From Cenococcum geophilum (Eukaryota), in contig CP158635.1 of the NCBI GenBank assembly GCA_050273025.1, forward strand, positions 17,732,001 to 17,796,000: DNA of 64,000 nt. The letters are read 5' to 3'. Made by a program: the position numbers and the translations under genes. Below, piece by piece: positions 1 to 13,798 of this stretch. Within the stretch, counting starts at the first letter, position 1. Every line of letters starts with the position of its first letter. A model generated the notes under the pieces. That model saw only the letters and a program-made list of their open reading frames with translations, did no database searches and had not been told where the DNA came from.

Positions 1-277
1 CAATTTGCGGCAATCTAACGGCAATCTGCCATATTCTGCTATATTCCGCCAAGTTCCACCAAATCCTACCAAGTTTTGCCAGGACCACTACCTAAATCCT
101 ATTCTGCTTTGTGCATGTGTTGACTAAGCAACCAAGCTAACGATATATACCCTTTCTTCCCGTTTCCCTGCCTTCTCTCCTTATATAACGTCTTAACCTT
201 ATTACATAGTTTATATATATAGCTTAATAGTATCTACTTTGCTATATATTATTACCGCTTATACTTACTCCGTGACA
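1..277 (+). repeat. 5' LTR (partial) of Gypsy element 1
   Basis: Aligns without gaps to 5603-5879; differences are essentially C/T and G/A transitions. Confidence 0.95.
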
Positions 278-311
278 CTACGTTGCGTTAACTACCTATA
301 CTACCATTAAA

Positions 312-1520
312 ATGCAGACCGAACCTAAAGCCCCTATAATAACCACCGGTATTATATCCGTACTCTAAGAATAATTAATAGAAATATAGAAGTCTTTTAT
401 AGACGCCCTTATATAGAACTAAGCCACTTTAAATTAATAATAAGCCGAATAAGAAGCACGATACTAATAATTAATTGAGGACCTCTAAGAAGAAGTCCGC
501 ACCCTTAAGATGCCTACGCTAGGACCTTAAGACTAAATACCGTCTCTAAAAATGAACACGCGGAACGCGAGCCCTAAACCCACAGTAGTTACTTACCCTA
601 AACCGACTACTGCACTATAATAATCTAAACGACTACTAGACCCTTTGATATTTACTAGTAAATAATAAGAACTCCAATTATTTCTAAGCTAGCTTAAAAA
701 TAAGCTAACTGGTAATGCTAACCGCTACCTAACTAAAGCTAACCGACTCTGCTACGCCCTAAGTTGACTAGAAGGAGACGCAGCTAACCTTATTAAACCC
801 CTTTAACCGAACTTAATACTAAGTCTAGTTGTACTTCTTAAAGCTATATACAGTGACCTAAACCGCTAAGCTACTGCTTAGAGAAAGATAAACTATATAA
901 CTTAAGGAACGAAAAGCTTTCTAGTATACTTCTCCGAATTTAACCGTTATATAAAGGAAATAGGCTGGAACGACTCCGTACTAATTAATAGCCTTATTAA
1001 ATCCTTAAGCTTTAAACTAAAAACCTCCCTAATAGGCGTAGACCTACTAGGAGCCCTTAATGCCTACGTAAACATTATTAATAAACAGTACAACGATATA
1101 CTACGCCTAATACCAAAGCCTGCCCCCTAATATAATACGGTAACCCCATAAACGTCCACTAAGTTATTATCTTAGCCTAAGCACCCTAACGCCATAGATA
1201 TTAACACTGGAATCCTAGATTACGCCCCACTAGGGTCCTTTAAATAAGAATAACGCCTTAAGCTAGGCCTCTGCTTTAAATACGGAAGGAAGGATTATAT
1301 CTTAAAATACTACCTTATCCCCCTACCTACGCACTAAAATAATCTACAAACGGCTAATACTAATAGCCGTTCACCGTATTAATCTTCTGGTTACCGTCTC
1401 TAATCTTTATCTAGTTTTAGCCCCACGTCTAGTAAGCACCATTTATAAGGACAAAGCTCCAACCGACGCTCTATAAGAACCCCGCCCTAATTACCTCTAA
1501 AAGGAAGGTCCTGGAGCTAA
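312..1520 (+). pseudogene. gag: gag, RIP-degraded
   Basis: ATG at 312; retrotransposon-gag-like segment; zinc knuckle LCFK(C)GRKD(H)I..(C) at ~1270-1312; many TAA/TAG stops. Confidence 0.8.
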
Positions 1521-4500
1521 GTCGCTCTCCAGAACGGCTTTACCTTAGGATCTTATTAAACGCATTTAACGTTATAAACTCTAACTCTTAGGACCGTAGT
1601 ATAACTATTAACTACTGTCTTTAGCAGAATAGTTAATAGGCTAATACTTAAATTCTAATTAATATAGGAGCTAGCGGCATAGGATTTATTAATAAGATCT
1701 TTATATAAGATAATGGTTTTACCCTAACCCCCCTTAACCGGCATATTAATATATTTGGATTTAACGGCAAACGCACCGTCTTAGGCCGTATCACCCACGT
1801 GGCAGCCCTAAGACTCTAATACCTAAACCATAAAGAACTGATTAAGCTTTTTGTTACCACCTTAGGTTACCTAGTAATTCTTAAATAACCTTAGATAAAG
1901 CTATATAAGGTGACTATTAACTAGAATAACCTTAAGCTTCTATTTACCGCCTCTTGTTATAAGCAGAAGTGCCTTATAACTCGCTACCCTAACCCCAAAC
2001 TAAAACCTAGAAAATCCACTAAGATTTACTAGCCTAAGATTTCCATCGATATCTACCCTACGCCTAAGAAATCCACCAGATTCCACTAACCTAAGAATTC
2101 CACCAAATTCCACTGATATAAGATTTCCACTAATATCTACTAAAGATCTGGAAATCCCACCAAACCCTATAAACTAACCCTGACTACTACACTACCCCAA
2201 ACTAAGTAGAAGCTTAAGCTTAGTATATAGGAGTACTAAAAGAACTGGTACCCTATAATAAAAAGAATACTTAAAGAACCCGAACCTAAATCTAACACCA
2301 ACTCTATACCTAATACTAAACCTAAACCTAAACAAGAAACTATATAAGAGACTATAGACGATCTAAGAGAGCTCAATACCCTAGATATCCGCATAATTAG
2401 AGCTACTCCGCTAGCTTAGCTTGCTAAGAAGCCTAAATATACGATTTTCGCTGTTATGATAGCTAATATTAAGAAAGCCTTAGCACTAAAGAAGCATACC
2501 GACCCTATTATAAAGGTACCAGCAGAGTACTATTACCGCTTAGATGCATTCTTATAAAAGAAAGCCAATAAGCTACTAGAGCACTAACCATATAACCACA
2601 AGATTATACTTAAAGAAGGAAAGCAGCCCGGATTTAGACCCCTATATAAAATGTTCTAAAACAAACTCTAAGTGCTATAAAAGTATCTGGACAAGAACCT
2701 AAGTAAAGGATTTATTAGAGCAAGCTCTTTACCTATAGCCGTACCAGTAATCTTCGTTAAGAAACCTAGTAACGGTCTACGCTTCTGCGTAGATTACTAA
2801 GCCCTTAACGCCGTTACTATTAAGAACTGATATCCGATCCCGTTAATATAAAAGACGCTAAACTAACTAAGTAAGGCTCGCTACTATACAAAGCTTAATA
2901 TTATCTCTGCATTTAACCGCCTCTATATAGCAAAGGGAGATAAATGGCTTACCGCATTTCGTACTTAGTATGGATTATTTAAATACTTAGTAATGCCATT
3001 TAGCCTCGCAAATACTTCGAGCTCGTTTTAATATTATATAAATAATATCCTGCGCCCCTACCTGGACATCTTCTATACTGCTTATATTAACGACATCTTA
3101 ATATATAGTAATAACCTAACTAAATATTAGAAACACGTTAACCTTATCCTATAAGCCCTGCACGGAGCTGGTTTATAATTAGATATAAATAAATACGAGT
3201 TTTATAAGACGGAAGTCCTATACCTTGGGCTTCTTATTTTTATAAACGGCATATAAATAGACCTAAAGAAAATTAAAGTAATTATAAACTAGTAAGAACC
3301 CGAGAATATTAAGGACGTAAGAGCCTTTATAGGATTTGCCAATTTCTACTAATGGTTTATTAACAACTTCTCCGCCCTAGTTTTACCCCTTATAGCTCTA
3401 ACCTAAAAGGATAAAGCCTTTATCTTTAATAAGGAATATAAGAAGGCCTTTGCTTATCTAAAGGTTATATTTACTACCGCGCCCGTACTTTAATACTTTA
3501 ACCTAAACTAAATAAGTGTTATAGAAGCTAACTTATCCAACTACGTTACTGGAGGCATCCTGTCTTAATATAATAAAGAGGGAGTATTATACCCCGTAGC
3601 ATACTACTTAAAATAACTAAGCCTAGCTAAATATAATTACGAGATCTATAACAAGGAACTGCTGGCTATTATTAAATACTTTAAATAATAGCGACCCAAA
3701 CTAGAAGGCGCTGGATTCCTAATTAAGGTCCTTAGCGATTATAAGAACCTATAGTACTTTACAACCACGAAACAGCTAAGCCACCGTTAGGCCCGCTGGT
3801 TAGAATACCTGTCTTGTTTCCAATTCTCAATTATATACCGCTTAGGCGTTTAAGGCTAAAAGCCTAATGCCCTAACCTAACGCTTGTAAGACGCGCCAGC
3901 ACTAAAAGAGGCACGTTCTTACCGAAATTAAACCCTACTTCGCCCTAAACTATTTAACCCTCCTACTAAAGATCTTATGGTATAAGTCCTTAAAATAACT
4001 AATTAATTAATTAAACAGATTATAACTAACGAATACCTAAATAACAAGTTTATCTAAGAGATGTTTAAGCTAATTTAAGATAGCGTTAGACACTCTAAGA
4101 AGATCTCTCTAAGTAAATATAAAGCTTGCGGAAACCGCTTATATTACTAGAACTATCTAGTTATCCCTAATTATAATAAACTTAAGCTTAAGCTCCTTAA
4201 ACATATATATAACCTACCAGTAGCCGGCCACCTAGGCTAAAAAAAAACCCTAGAGCTACTCTAACGGGAGTACTACTGGCCAAATATATATAATATGATA
4301 TGAAGGTACGTCTCTAGCTATTATATCTGCTAATAAGCTAAAGCTTCGCACGAGATATATAACGGCCTTCTAAAGCCACTACCTATTCCGGACCGAAGAT
4401 AGAAGGACGTCTTAATCAACTTTATTATTAACCTCCCTATAAGTAAGGGCTGCACAAATATTATAGTAGTCGTAGACCAACTATTTAAGATAAGACACTT

Positions 4501-5502
4501 AATCGCCTGCCCTAATATATTAACATCTACTATCGCCTAACTATTTCTGGACCACGTATAGAAACTCTACAGACTCCCTAAAACAATTATCTCTAATAGA
4601 GGCAGCTAGTTTGTCTCTATATTTTAGAAAAAACTAACTACCTAACTCCGCATTAAAGCACTGTTGTCTATAGTATATTACCTAGAAATAGACGGTTAAA
4701 TGGAATGTGTAAACGCTATAATAGAATAGTATATTCGGATATACACGTTATACTTACAAGATAACTAGATTAACTAGCTTATATTCGCTGAGTTTACTGC
4801 AAATAATTCCGTTTCGGAAACTATAAAGGTCTCCCTATTCCTGGCTAACTACGGCCAGTATCCACAAATAGGTTTTAAACCCTTTAGTAATGTTCCTTAC
4901 CCTGCTTATTACGCCTTATAAGTTATAAAAGTAAATAAATTTGTAAAGAAGATGGAGGAACTATAATAGTTCCTTACTAACGAAATAATATAGGTTTAAT
5001 CTGTCTATAAAGCCGCAGCGAATAAGAAATAAACCCTAGCACTAGCCTACTAAATTAGTAACTTTGTCTAGCTAGACATAAGAAATCTAAACACGAAATA
5101 ACCTACTAAGAAGCTTAATTAGAAGAACGCTGGCCCTTATAAGGTTAAGAAGGTTATCTCCTCCCACGCCTACCAACTAAAGCTCCCTAATACGGTTAAA
5201 ATCCACCCCGTATTCCACACGTCAGTCCTCTACCCCGCTACTCCCGCATTAGACGCCCTACCCAAACAGATATAAGACCCTCCCCTACTAGTTAAAGTAG
5301 ATGGTAAGAACGAGTACTTTGTTAAAAGAATTAATAATATTAAGTATAATAAACGGAAACGTTAATATATATATCTTACGAAATGGAGAGGCTTTACTAA
5401 GCCCTTATAGGAACCTATTAACTCTATAGGACTTATATAAGCCGCAGAAGACTTTTATAAACTCTATCTAGAACTACTATAGCCCCATCTCGTAGAAGCT
5501 TA
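1520..5502 (+). pseudogene. pol: pol (protease, RT, RNase H, integrase, chromodomain), RIP-degraded
   Basis: LI(D)(T)GASG ~1655; LRFCVDY ~2777; YI(D)DILI ~3083; NYEIY(D)KELLAI ~3637; integrase HHCC ~4200-4330; IHPVFH ~5200; chromodomain EYFV..I...YLTKWRG ~5312-5392. Confidence 0.9.
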
Positions 5503-5520
5503 AGTTTAAAGGGGGGGTAC

Positions 5521-5879
5521 TATTATGGGATACCCCCGTAACACCTTATACACGTCCACCTATTTCCACCAACTTAGCAACTAAAGACTAACCATAAGAC
5601 GGCAATTTACGGCAATCTAACGGCAATCTACTATATTCTGCCATATTCCACTAAGTTCTACCAAATTCTGCTAAGTTCTGCTAGGACTACCACCTAAATC
5701 CTATTCTACTCCGTGCACGTGTTAACCAAGCAACTAAGCTAACGATATATACCCTTTCTTCCCGTTTCCCTACCTTCTCTCCTTACGCAACGTCTTGACC
5801 TTATTATATAGTTCATATATATAGCTTAATAGTATCTACTTTGCTACATATTATCACCGCTTATACTTACTCCGTGACA
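5521..5879 (+). repeat. 3' LTR (359 bp) of Gypsy element 1
   Basis: Follows the PPT; start RIP-altered to TATTAT; ends TGACA; matches 1-277. Confidence 0.95.
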
Positions 5880-5999
5880 CTATCTAGCCTATATTTTACT
5901 ACTTTATCTATTACCCTTTGCCCTATTAGTAACTTAGGGTAGTTATTAATAAAGATGCTTAATAAACTTTCTATAGAGGTACTCCTACTAATTATTAGT

Positions 6000-8900
6000 A
6001 AGGTACGGCTAATTCTTATATACTTTAAGCTTTGGCGCTAATTGGTATAGGTTATAAATAGGGCGGATTTAAAGAGGCTCTATAAGGTCTTAAAACGTCT
6101 TTATTAAGTTTTATTACCGCTCTTATACCTAAATATAGCCGCTATATGTTGCGGGTTTAACCGCTTACTACAATTTAAGGCAAGTTTATTCTTCTTCTTA
6201 AATCTTGCTTATATAGGCTACTTATTACGCAAACTCTAATTAATATAATAATTAGTATCCAGTTAAAAGAAAATCCCTTTACTAGCCTTAATAGCTTACT
6301 AGTAAGCTTTTAAAGGATAAATTAGGAAACAGTTCCGTATATACTAAAAGCATAGTTTTTATAAACTTTATACTTAATCCGTTTACCCTACTTAATATTA
6401 GAGAAATACTTCCGCCGAAAGTATTTTACAGTATTAGTTTAGATTAATTTTAGTACTATATAATATATTAACTGCCTAATATCTTAGGGTTAAACTATCC
6501 TAATTAAGCTTGGTCTCTACGCCAAAGGATTTATATAGTGGGACTATCTTAACATAGATAGTAAGGTAGGTGCTAGTATATACCTCTTTATTTTTTTTCT
6601 CTCATTCCTCTATCTCTACTTTACCTATTAGTAGGCAAGAATTAATTTTTAGAAGAATATTAGAGTCTATAAAAAACGCTAAAGTTTAGGTACTAGATAT
6701 TATTATATCTATTGCCGTATCTATTATTATATCTATTGCCATATCTATTATTATATCTATTATTACTTTCGCTAAGCTACCGCCGGCGCTAGCGCCGGTA
6801 TTATCCTTATCCCTCTTTTACTTCTTCTCGCTAAACGTTTTCTAAGTTCTATTATCTAAGGGCGAGCTAGGTAAATAGTATAGACTAGATAAACTAGACG
6901 GAAAATTAGACGCCTAGACCTTACTATATATTAATGCTACGTAACTAGGCTATATAGAGAGTCCGTTAATTTAAGTATCCTCTTTTCCCTAACGGCGGTA
7001 TTTAGGATATAGGAAGGGCTGCTTAAATATACCTTCTTTCTAGATATAAATTAGTCTAAAATGCCTTATAAAACCTTACCTAGAAAGAAAGGAGTTAGAA
7101 TAAATAAGATACCTAAATGGGTCCTTAGCTAAGGTTAAATAGGAAAGGAAATAAGGCACGTAAATCTTGTTATAAATCGTTTTAATATAGTTACTCTATA
7201 TAGACTCGCCCCCACTAATTTAAGAATTCTCTATCCCTAGGCGGCGGCATTTAGGGCACTAAAAGGGCTGCTTAAATATCCTATTCTTAATATAAATCTT
7301 TTTATAGTGCTTTATAAGTTCGCTATAGCGGTAATAAACGCTATAGCTAAAAAGGTACCTAGGCTATTTCTTACAACCCCTTATTCCCTTTATTTTAGTT
7401 AAGGATAAAAGTATACCCTATTCGCCCTCTACGTTACTTACTTTGTCCTTTTTATCCTCTTTATCCTCTTTATATATTACCTAACCTATATTATCTACCT
7501 TACGCTCTAAAGTTTCTGCATCTAAAAATAGGTCTGCTTTTAGCTAATAAGTTAAGTATCTAATAAGTAGGTTTATAAACCGTTTCAAACACTATTTAAA
7601 GGGCTAGTATTTATTAACGTCCTAGGTATAACTCTGTAGAAACTAAGCAACTATAGCCACTGCGTTGCGAGAGCGCTTTTTTAGAGCAACTTTACCTAAA
7701 GCGCCTTTACCTAGAGTGCCCTTACTAGGAGTGGATTTAGTAGTTTATATAGCGGGTATACCTATAGTTAGTAAACCTAGGGCTCTTAATCCATTAACGC
7801 GACTAAAGTATTTCGCCTTCTTTTCCTATACCTTTAAAGATAATAAAATCTTAATAATATAGCGGAGCTGCCTATTAAGCGCCGTTGCTGCCTTATAATC
7901 TTTTGCTTGCTTCGCCGCTTCTAGGCTTTTATAAGAATTGTATACGTCCTTATACTATTTAAACTTCTGTAAGTCCTCCTCGCTTAGGCTAATAGGAGTA
8001 TTCGCGTCCCTTTATAGGGATATATTATAAAGGCGCTAAAAAAGGGCATTTTTTTGTCTGGCTATAGATCTAAAGGCTAACCCTATAAAATCTTTACGGA
8101 CGCGTTTAGTTTAATAGCTACCTTAGAATACTTAGGTTATATTAAATAAAATATAGTTATATAGCGTATTAGAGAGAACGCCTAGCGGTTTAAAGAAGTT
8201 AGTAGCTATCCCTACTATTTACGAAGTTAAGAAGAAAGGTAGTAAGAAAACGCGCTGCTTAATATATGTATATAAATATATATATATTTACCTTAAATTC
8301 TCTTACTATTAAGTCTAGCTCCTACGCTAACCTATAGCGCGTAAATATATAAGTCCTCCTAGAAACCGGCTATAAGGCATATTTGGTACTATAGATAGTT
8401 AAAACTTAAGTAAGTAAGTGGAAAAATAGGCCGGTCTAGTATCTTTTTCTTTTACTTTAGCGGGAGGAAGTCTACTTCTTTAAGGGTAGGTTAACGGAGT
8501 AGCGCGTTAATAGACTTAAAGCTAGGTTTAAAGGCATTATCTATAATCGCGCGTATAGTAATAAGGCTAGTAAGGCATATATTTAAATACGAGATAAGGG
8601 TAATAGAAAAGGATATCCTATTAAAATAGAGGAGGTAAGTAAGGGAACGTAACTAGGGTGGGGTAAGGGTTTTTTAAAGATATAGAGTAAGGATAAGGTT
8701 AGGCTTACGCGTTAGCTCTAGAGCTACGGCTAGCCTACTTTTTCTTATTCTTCTTAACTATAATTATAGTAACAAGCCTTATCCTTATTTAGTTATTTAG
8801 GTTCTATATAACTGCTAAACTAACTTACTAGTATAGGAGGCGCATTATAGAGGCTAGTCTAAAGCCGCTAATACCTATTATTAGGAGGACGGTATAAAAC

Positions 8901-9950
8901 GTAAGCTAGGTATTAGGCTTGTAATTAATATCCCTAGCACGCTCCTATGGCGTATTAAGGATAATAATAATATCTTTAGCTGTCGCCTTAACCTTTTTAA
9001 AGGTTTAATTAACTATAAGACTAAGCTTATCTATAAGGCTATTACAGATTTACTAAAAGGGGGGGGGGGTTAGAATAAATATTTTAACCTTTTTATATAC
9101 CTATATAGAGGATCTATAGAGGGGAATAAGAGGAAAGGAATAGGGAAAGGGGATAGGGAGGAGGGGCGTATGGTTTATTAGTGTAACTAACCTTAGATAT
9201 CTTAAAGATCGGCCCTTATATACGCTGCTTAGCGTAGTTAATAAACTTTAGTCTCTAGAGAGCCTTATTCTTAGGATCTTACTGCCTTTTCTCTAGTAGA
9301 ACTATAGAGTTGGCTTAAGTAATAAGCCCCCTCTAGTACTACGTAACAGAAGAAGCCGTATTTACTATCCGCCTATATTTATACTCTTACAGTCTAAGGA
9401 CCGGATATCTTTACTCTAAGTTCTTAACGTACGCCTAAAGGAATACTTAGTAATAATCCTTAGCCATTTTAGACGCAAGGTATAGGTTAAGCTAGATACT
9501 ATCTAGGTCTACTTATAGGATATCCCTAATAAATCTATATAGAGAGGCGCGCGAGTTAGTAAGGAGAAGGCGGCTAAAAATAAAAGGAGAGGTAGAGGAG
9601 GGAAGGGTAGTAGGAGACGTTAGATAGATGGGTAAGGGCGTACTTACTTATAATCTCTAGACATACGATTATAATAGTGGCCCGTTACGTTTATAATTAC
9701 TAGGCGGTTATCTAGTGGCTAAAAGGCGTATAATTTTAAGGCTAATAAAGCCCTCTACCTTTATAACTCTAGGTTATTAAAAAAGCAGCGCTTAGCTTTA
9801 AAGGGCCCTATATTTACCTCCTCTAGCAGATATAAATTAATAAGGGATATAGGGATGGATATAGAGACTATTATAGAACGGCCGTTACCGTATTATACGG
9901 TGCCTATTACTACTAGAGGGAAGCTATTTTTAGGGTATAGAAGAATAGAA
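6000..9950 (-). pseudogene. Degenerate multi-intron DUF3435-like tyrosine recombinase (Starship captain-like); boundaries approximate
   Basis: De-RIPed minus-strand translation at ~8400-7950 reads AGF.EDL..YAL(R)V(GA)GARL(D) / intron GTAAGA..CTAAC..TAG / VLS(DA)L(R)NYIL(S)NTT(Q)VF(Q)GSY(Q)..RVR(E)D.(M)GLAF(G)...(M)SL(Q)RDAN(A)P. Two C-terminal F(E/K)QPF.(C)P(EC)RR zinc-finger-like repeats lie at ~7000-7035 and ~7242-7280. Confidence 0.65.
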
Positions 9951-10124
9951 GTAGTAAGGGATAGACGCGGACGGAGGGATTGGAAGGATAGTAGGTGGGC
10001 TAACTAGTTAGAAATTATAATAGCGAATAAGTAAAAGGAGTAGTTAGAATTTAAGGTTAGGGATAAAGAAAGAGATAAGACTGTTAGAGACTATAGGTAA
10101 AACAGTAGGTAAAGAATATATATA

Positions 10125-10360
10125 TGTAATTTTTGCAGTATAGAAGAATTAAATAAGCGACTTAATTGTAAATTTATAGAAATTAAGTAGTATATATATA
10201 TGAGAAAGGTGTAGATAATAAGGGGTAATTGACCGAGTTAGTAACCAAGTTAGTAACTAAGTCGGTAAGCGAGTTAAGAGGTAGGTAACTGGAATAGAGA
10301 CAGTTTAATATACAGTCGATTTAGTGTAATACTCTGGCGGTATACTAGTAGTTAGTTACA
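10125..10360 (-). repeat. 3' LTR of Copia A
   Basis: Matches 25921-26156; adjacent to the PPT. Confidence 0.95.
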
Positions 10361-12783
10361 CCCCCCCCTAGATTTAATAGTGTAGTTAAAGCTATAGAAA
10401 ACAAGAATAAAGGTAAAAACTATACCAAAATAGGAAATTTGGATACAATTTAGGAGTAGTAAAAGGATAGGGTAACTGTGACGGGTATTGCGGATATTGT
10501 GGATATTGCGAATATCGCGTATGGAGTTAATTGATCTAATGTCAAATATCCACTAAATTCAATTGCTTTATCCAAGCTTTATGCTTCTAACGAGGTAGGA
10601 TCTTAGTAAGGCCATTGGCAGGCATCTTATCTATAGGGACCCATTAAACGTTAATCTTTTTGTCTTAGACCTCCTGTCTAAGCCAGTGCTAATAGACGTC
10701 GATATGTCGAAGTTTAGTATTAAGTTTTAGTATATCCTGTCTTAATAGGCGTATAGTCTACATATTGTCGCAGAGTAGGGTAAAATCGCGTTCTAAATTA
10801 AAGCCGATTGCCTTAGAGAATCGTTGCCACTAGATGATTTTAACAGCAGCAGTAGATAGGGAGAGAAGCTCTACTTTAGTAGTTAAGCGTATAATAGATC
10901 GCTATAGGGTTGCTTTCCAATTAATTAGACCTCTAAATAGGATAAATAGATATCCTTAAGAGCTCCGTCTAGTCTCTTTATGGTCCGCAAATGCTGTATT
11001 AAATGCTCTATAGAAGGTAATATCTTCTCCTTTAAGGTTTCTAAAGTAGACGTATACTCCATAAGCTTTGCCATAGTATTTAATAGCTATAGATTTTGTT
11101 CTAAGGCAATAGGTAATTGCTTAGTTTGCTACATCAAGGTGCTTTTAATTTAGATTAGTAAGAAATTCGGCCAGTTTAGAATGCGTCTTAGTAATATTAG
11201 GCCTTCTAAATATAGCTAGGTGTGTAAGAGAACTAACTCGTTCCTAGTAGGCTAGTGTCCTTTAAGGGTTCGTCTGCTAGTTAGACGGAGTTAGTTCTTT
11301 AGTAGGAAGTAGTAACTTAGGAAATCTACCTAGTTAAATATTAAATCGATTAGCTATCTTTTTAATATAGAAATCTTAGTAAAGCCAGAGCTTTTAACTT
11401 AGTCGATTTTGTTTAATTCGAATTCCTAGAAACTACTGTAGGTCTCCTAGTGCACGGATCTCGTATTAGTATAGTAATTTAGCTTTAAATTCTTTAAGTC
11501 TTTAAAGGTCTTTTTTGGCAAATAGAACGGCAATATTATTTACGTAGAAGAAGATAATAAGTCGTCTGTTAGTAAATAGGTAGTTAGTACCTAGTACTAG
11601 TTTTAATCCAAATTTGGCTAGGGTACTAGTAAGCTCTTTATACTAAAGTAGTGGTGAGATTTTTAATTTATATAGCGCCATAAGTAGCTCTAGGATATGT
11701 CCTTTTTAATTAAATCCTTCTAGATAGTAGCAGTATACTAGTTTACTAAGCTTAGCGTTTATAAACGCGTTTACGGCGTTATACTGTCGAATTTCTAAAT
11801 TAAATGCGGCTGCTATAGCTATAAGGGCACGGAATATTTGAGCAGCTAGGGTTACTACATAGGTCTCTTCTTTGGTAATCTATAGGTCTCCGCGAACACA
11901 TAGTTAAGCTTTTAGCTTTTAAAGATAACTATCGCTGTTAAGCTTATATTTAAAGACCCATTTTAGTAATAGAATCTACTCATTACTTACCTCTTCCTTT
12001 AGTACGATTTTAAATGTCCCTCGGCGTTTTAGGTCATTATATTCTTTTTCTATAGCCTTTTAAAAGCCAGTAGTTAATAGATACTTTCTTAGATCTTTAA
12101 GGTTCTTTAGTTTAGGAGGAAGATTATCCTAATATAGAGATAAGGATCTAGTTTGGTTGATATCCTTTACTGGTCCTATAGCAAATCCAGCGTAGTAACT
12201 AAATAGGGTAGATAGATTGGCTAGTGCTATTATATACGCTTAATATTGAATTCTTTTTAATCCTTCTAGTAGGATAAGGTCGGCAAAAGGTTTAGCTAAG
12301 ACTTCATTAGCTTATGGAGCTATATTAAATAGTTTTAGCAAACTTAGCTAGAAAGGGGTTGTTTTAATTATATCTAGGATATCGTCTTAAAGTCCTCCTA
12401 GTATAGTGTTTATTTCTAGCAGATCTAAAAATACCATTCTGCTAGGAGTTAGTAACTACTTAGTATCCTTTATAGGAGGCTCTACCAAATCATTTAATTT
12501 AGGTATAGTCATTTAATCTACATTTAAGGTAAGTCTATATAGAATAGATTTATCCTTAGACTTATCCTCGTAAAGAGGTTCTAGTAGACTAATTGTCTAT
12601 AGGGTATCTTCTAATGCTTCCCTTAGTAGGTAGTTAATATCTTAACCCTTAGGGTTATAAAATAAGGTCTTATTAAATATAACATCTTTAGTTTAAATAA
12701 CCTTACAAAGACTCGAAATCTAGATTTAATAAATATTAGTTAAATTATAGCCGACTAGATGTCTAATTAATACATAAGGAGCT

Positions 12784-12869
12784 GGTCGTCGAAAACGGAC
12801 TCTGCACCTGTACGTGGTGACGGCTACGAACCTAAGTCTTTGAAGTTCAGACTCAGAGCCAACGCAGAG
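12784..12869 (+). ncRNA. HDV-like self-cleaving ribozyme (predicted)
   Basis: P1 GGTCGTC (12784-90) / GACGGCT (12819-25) with G1-U wobble; P2 CTCTGC (12800-05) / GCAGAG (12864-69); P3 ACC/GGT; L3 TGTACGT; P1.1 GT/AC; P4 CTAAGTCT/AGACTCAG; J4/2 GCCAAC. Confidence 0.8.
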
Positions 12870-13798
12870 ACGTCGCACAGCGTGCGATACGACGTGGTGG
12901 AGGTGGTTGCGAGTATTGTAGGCAGTGGTGAAAAGTTTTCACATAGGATGGTGAGATCTCGAAAACTACTACCGTTAGTACCCCTTATAATAACAGCTAC
13001 TACACTATCCTCCTATTAAGGCACCTGTACGATCCAATATGGATATATAGCATTCGATAGCATCCCCCGACCCCCAACAGAAAGCATTAATAACCTCTTA
13101 CATTAATATATGAGCGAACGCGAATAAACAAAAATAAGCAAATATACGGCCCCTCCTAACCCCTAGGGCGATTGCCCGCGGAGCATGCGGTTACTCACCA
13201 TTAACTATTAAATACTACCTAGCAGCCTAGACAACACCGTATGGTTTTCCTATCTCCTCTTAAGGAGTAGTAACCCTTGGTAAGGGCCTAGCAACTAAGG
13301 CCTAGGCATAAAAGATACCTAGGCATATATACACACGTCCCGCTCGCCTTTTAGTATAGTAGTAGTTTATAAATAAATCCCCCTTACGCCTTTAATAGGC
13401 CCTAGGGGGGGGAGGTATAGTGTATATAGTAATAGTTAGACAAGAGATAGCATATAGGGGATGGCTAAGATATGGGAAACAATAAGTATAGTAATTAATT
13501 GGCAAGGCCTAGCTGGGACGTAGTAAACCCCAGCTGGGATAAGCTAGAGAAGGAAGTAGTGGTTTCTAAGGAGTTTAAAACATCTAAGGAGGAGGACGTA
13601 GCTGTAGGCCTATAGGGCCGCACTACGTGCAAATATAGCAATTTGGGGTTTTTTATCCAACTAAGGTGGCTTATAGGGTTTTTCCTTCCCCTAACTGCAG
13701 GGTTTTCTTCATGTAAATTATAAGTTTTCCCCCTATAACGGAGTAGTCTGCGTGGGCCAGTAGGATCCGTATCAGACGTTAATTAAAGAGTTACTACT
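12784..13798 (+). mobile_element. ~1.0 kb non-autonomous non-LTR retroposon (SINE-like), family 1 copy a, with 5' HDV-like ribozyme and TAC tail
   Basis: 15-16 bp TSD (T)AATACATAAGGAGCT 12768-12783 and (T)AATATATAAGGAGCT 13798-13813; ends TTACTACT; Copia integrase reading resumes on both sides; homologous along its whole length to 16867-17889 (inverted). Confidence 0.85.

Larger units (their letters stand above)
1..5879 (+). mobile_element. Ty3/Gypsy chromovirus LTR retrotransposon, RIP-inactivated; 5' LTR cut by the window edge
   Basis: Direct repeats 1-277 and 5603-5879 (full 3' LTR 5521-5879, ends ...CCGTGACA); polypurine tract AAAGGGGGGG just before 5521; gag-PR-RT-RH-IN-chromodomain order recognisable. 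Confidence 0.95.

Noticed and set aside
12784..12900. tRNA- or 5S-derived SINE head
   Set aside because: No cloverleaf or convincing A/B boxes; the segment fits the HDV double pseudoknot instead.
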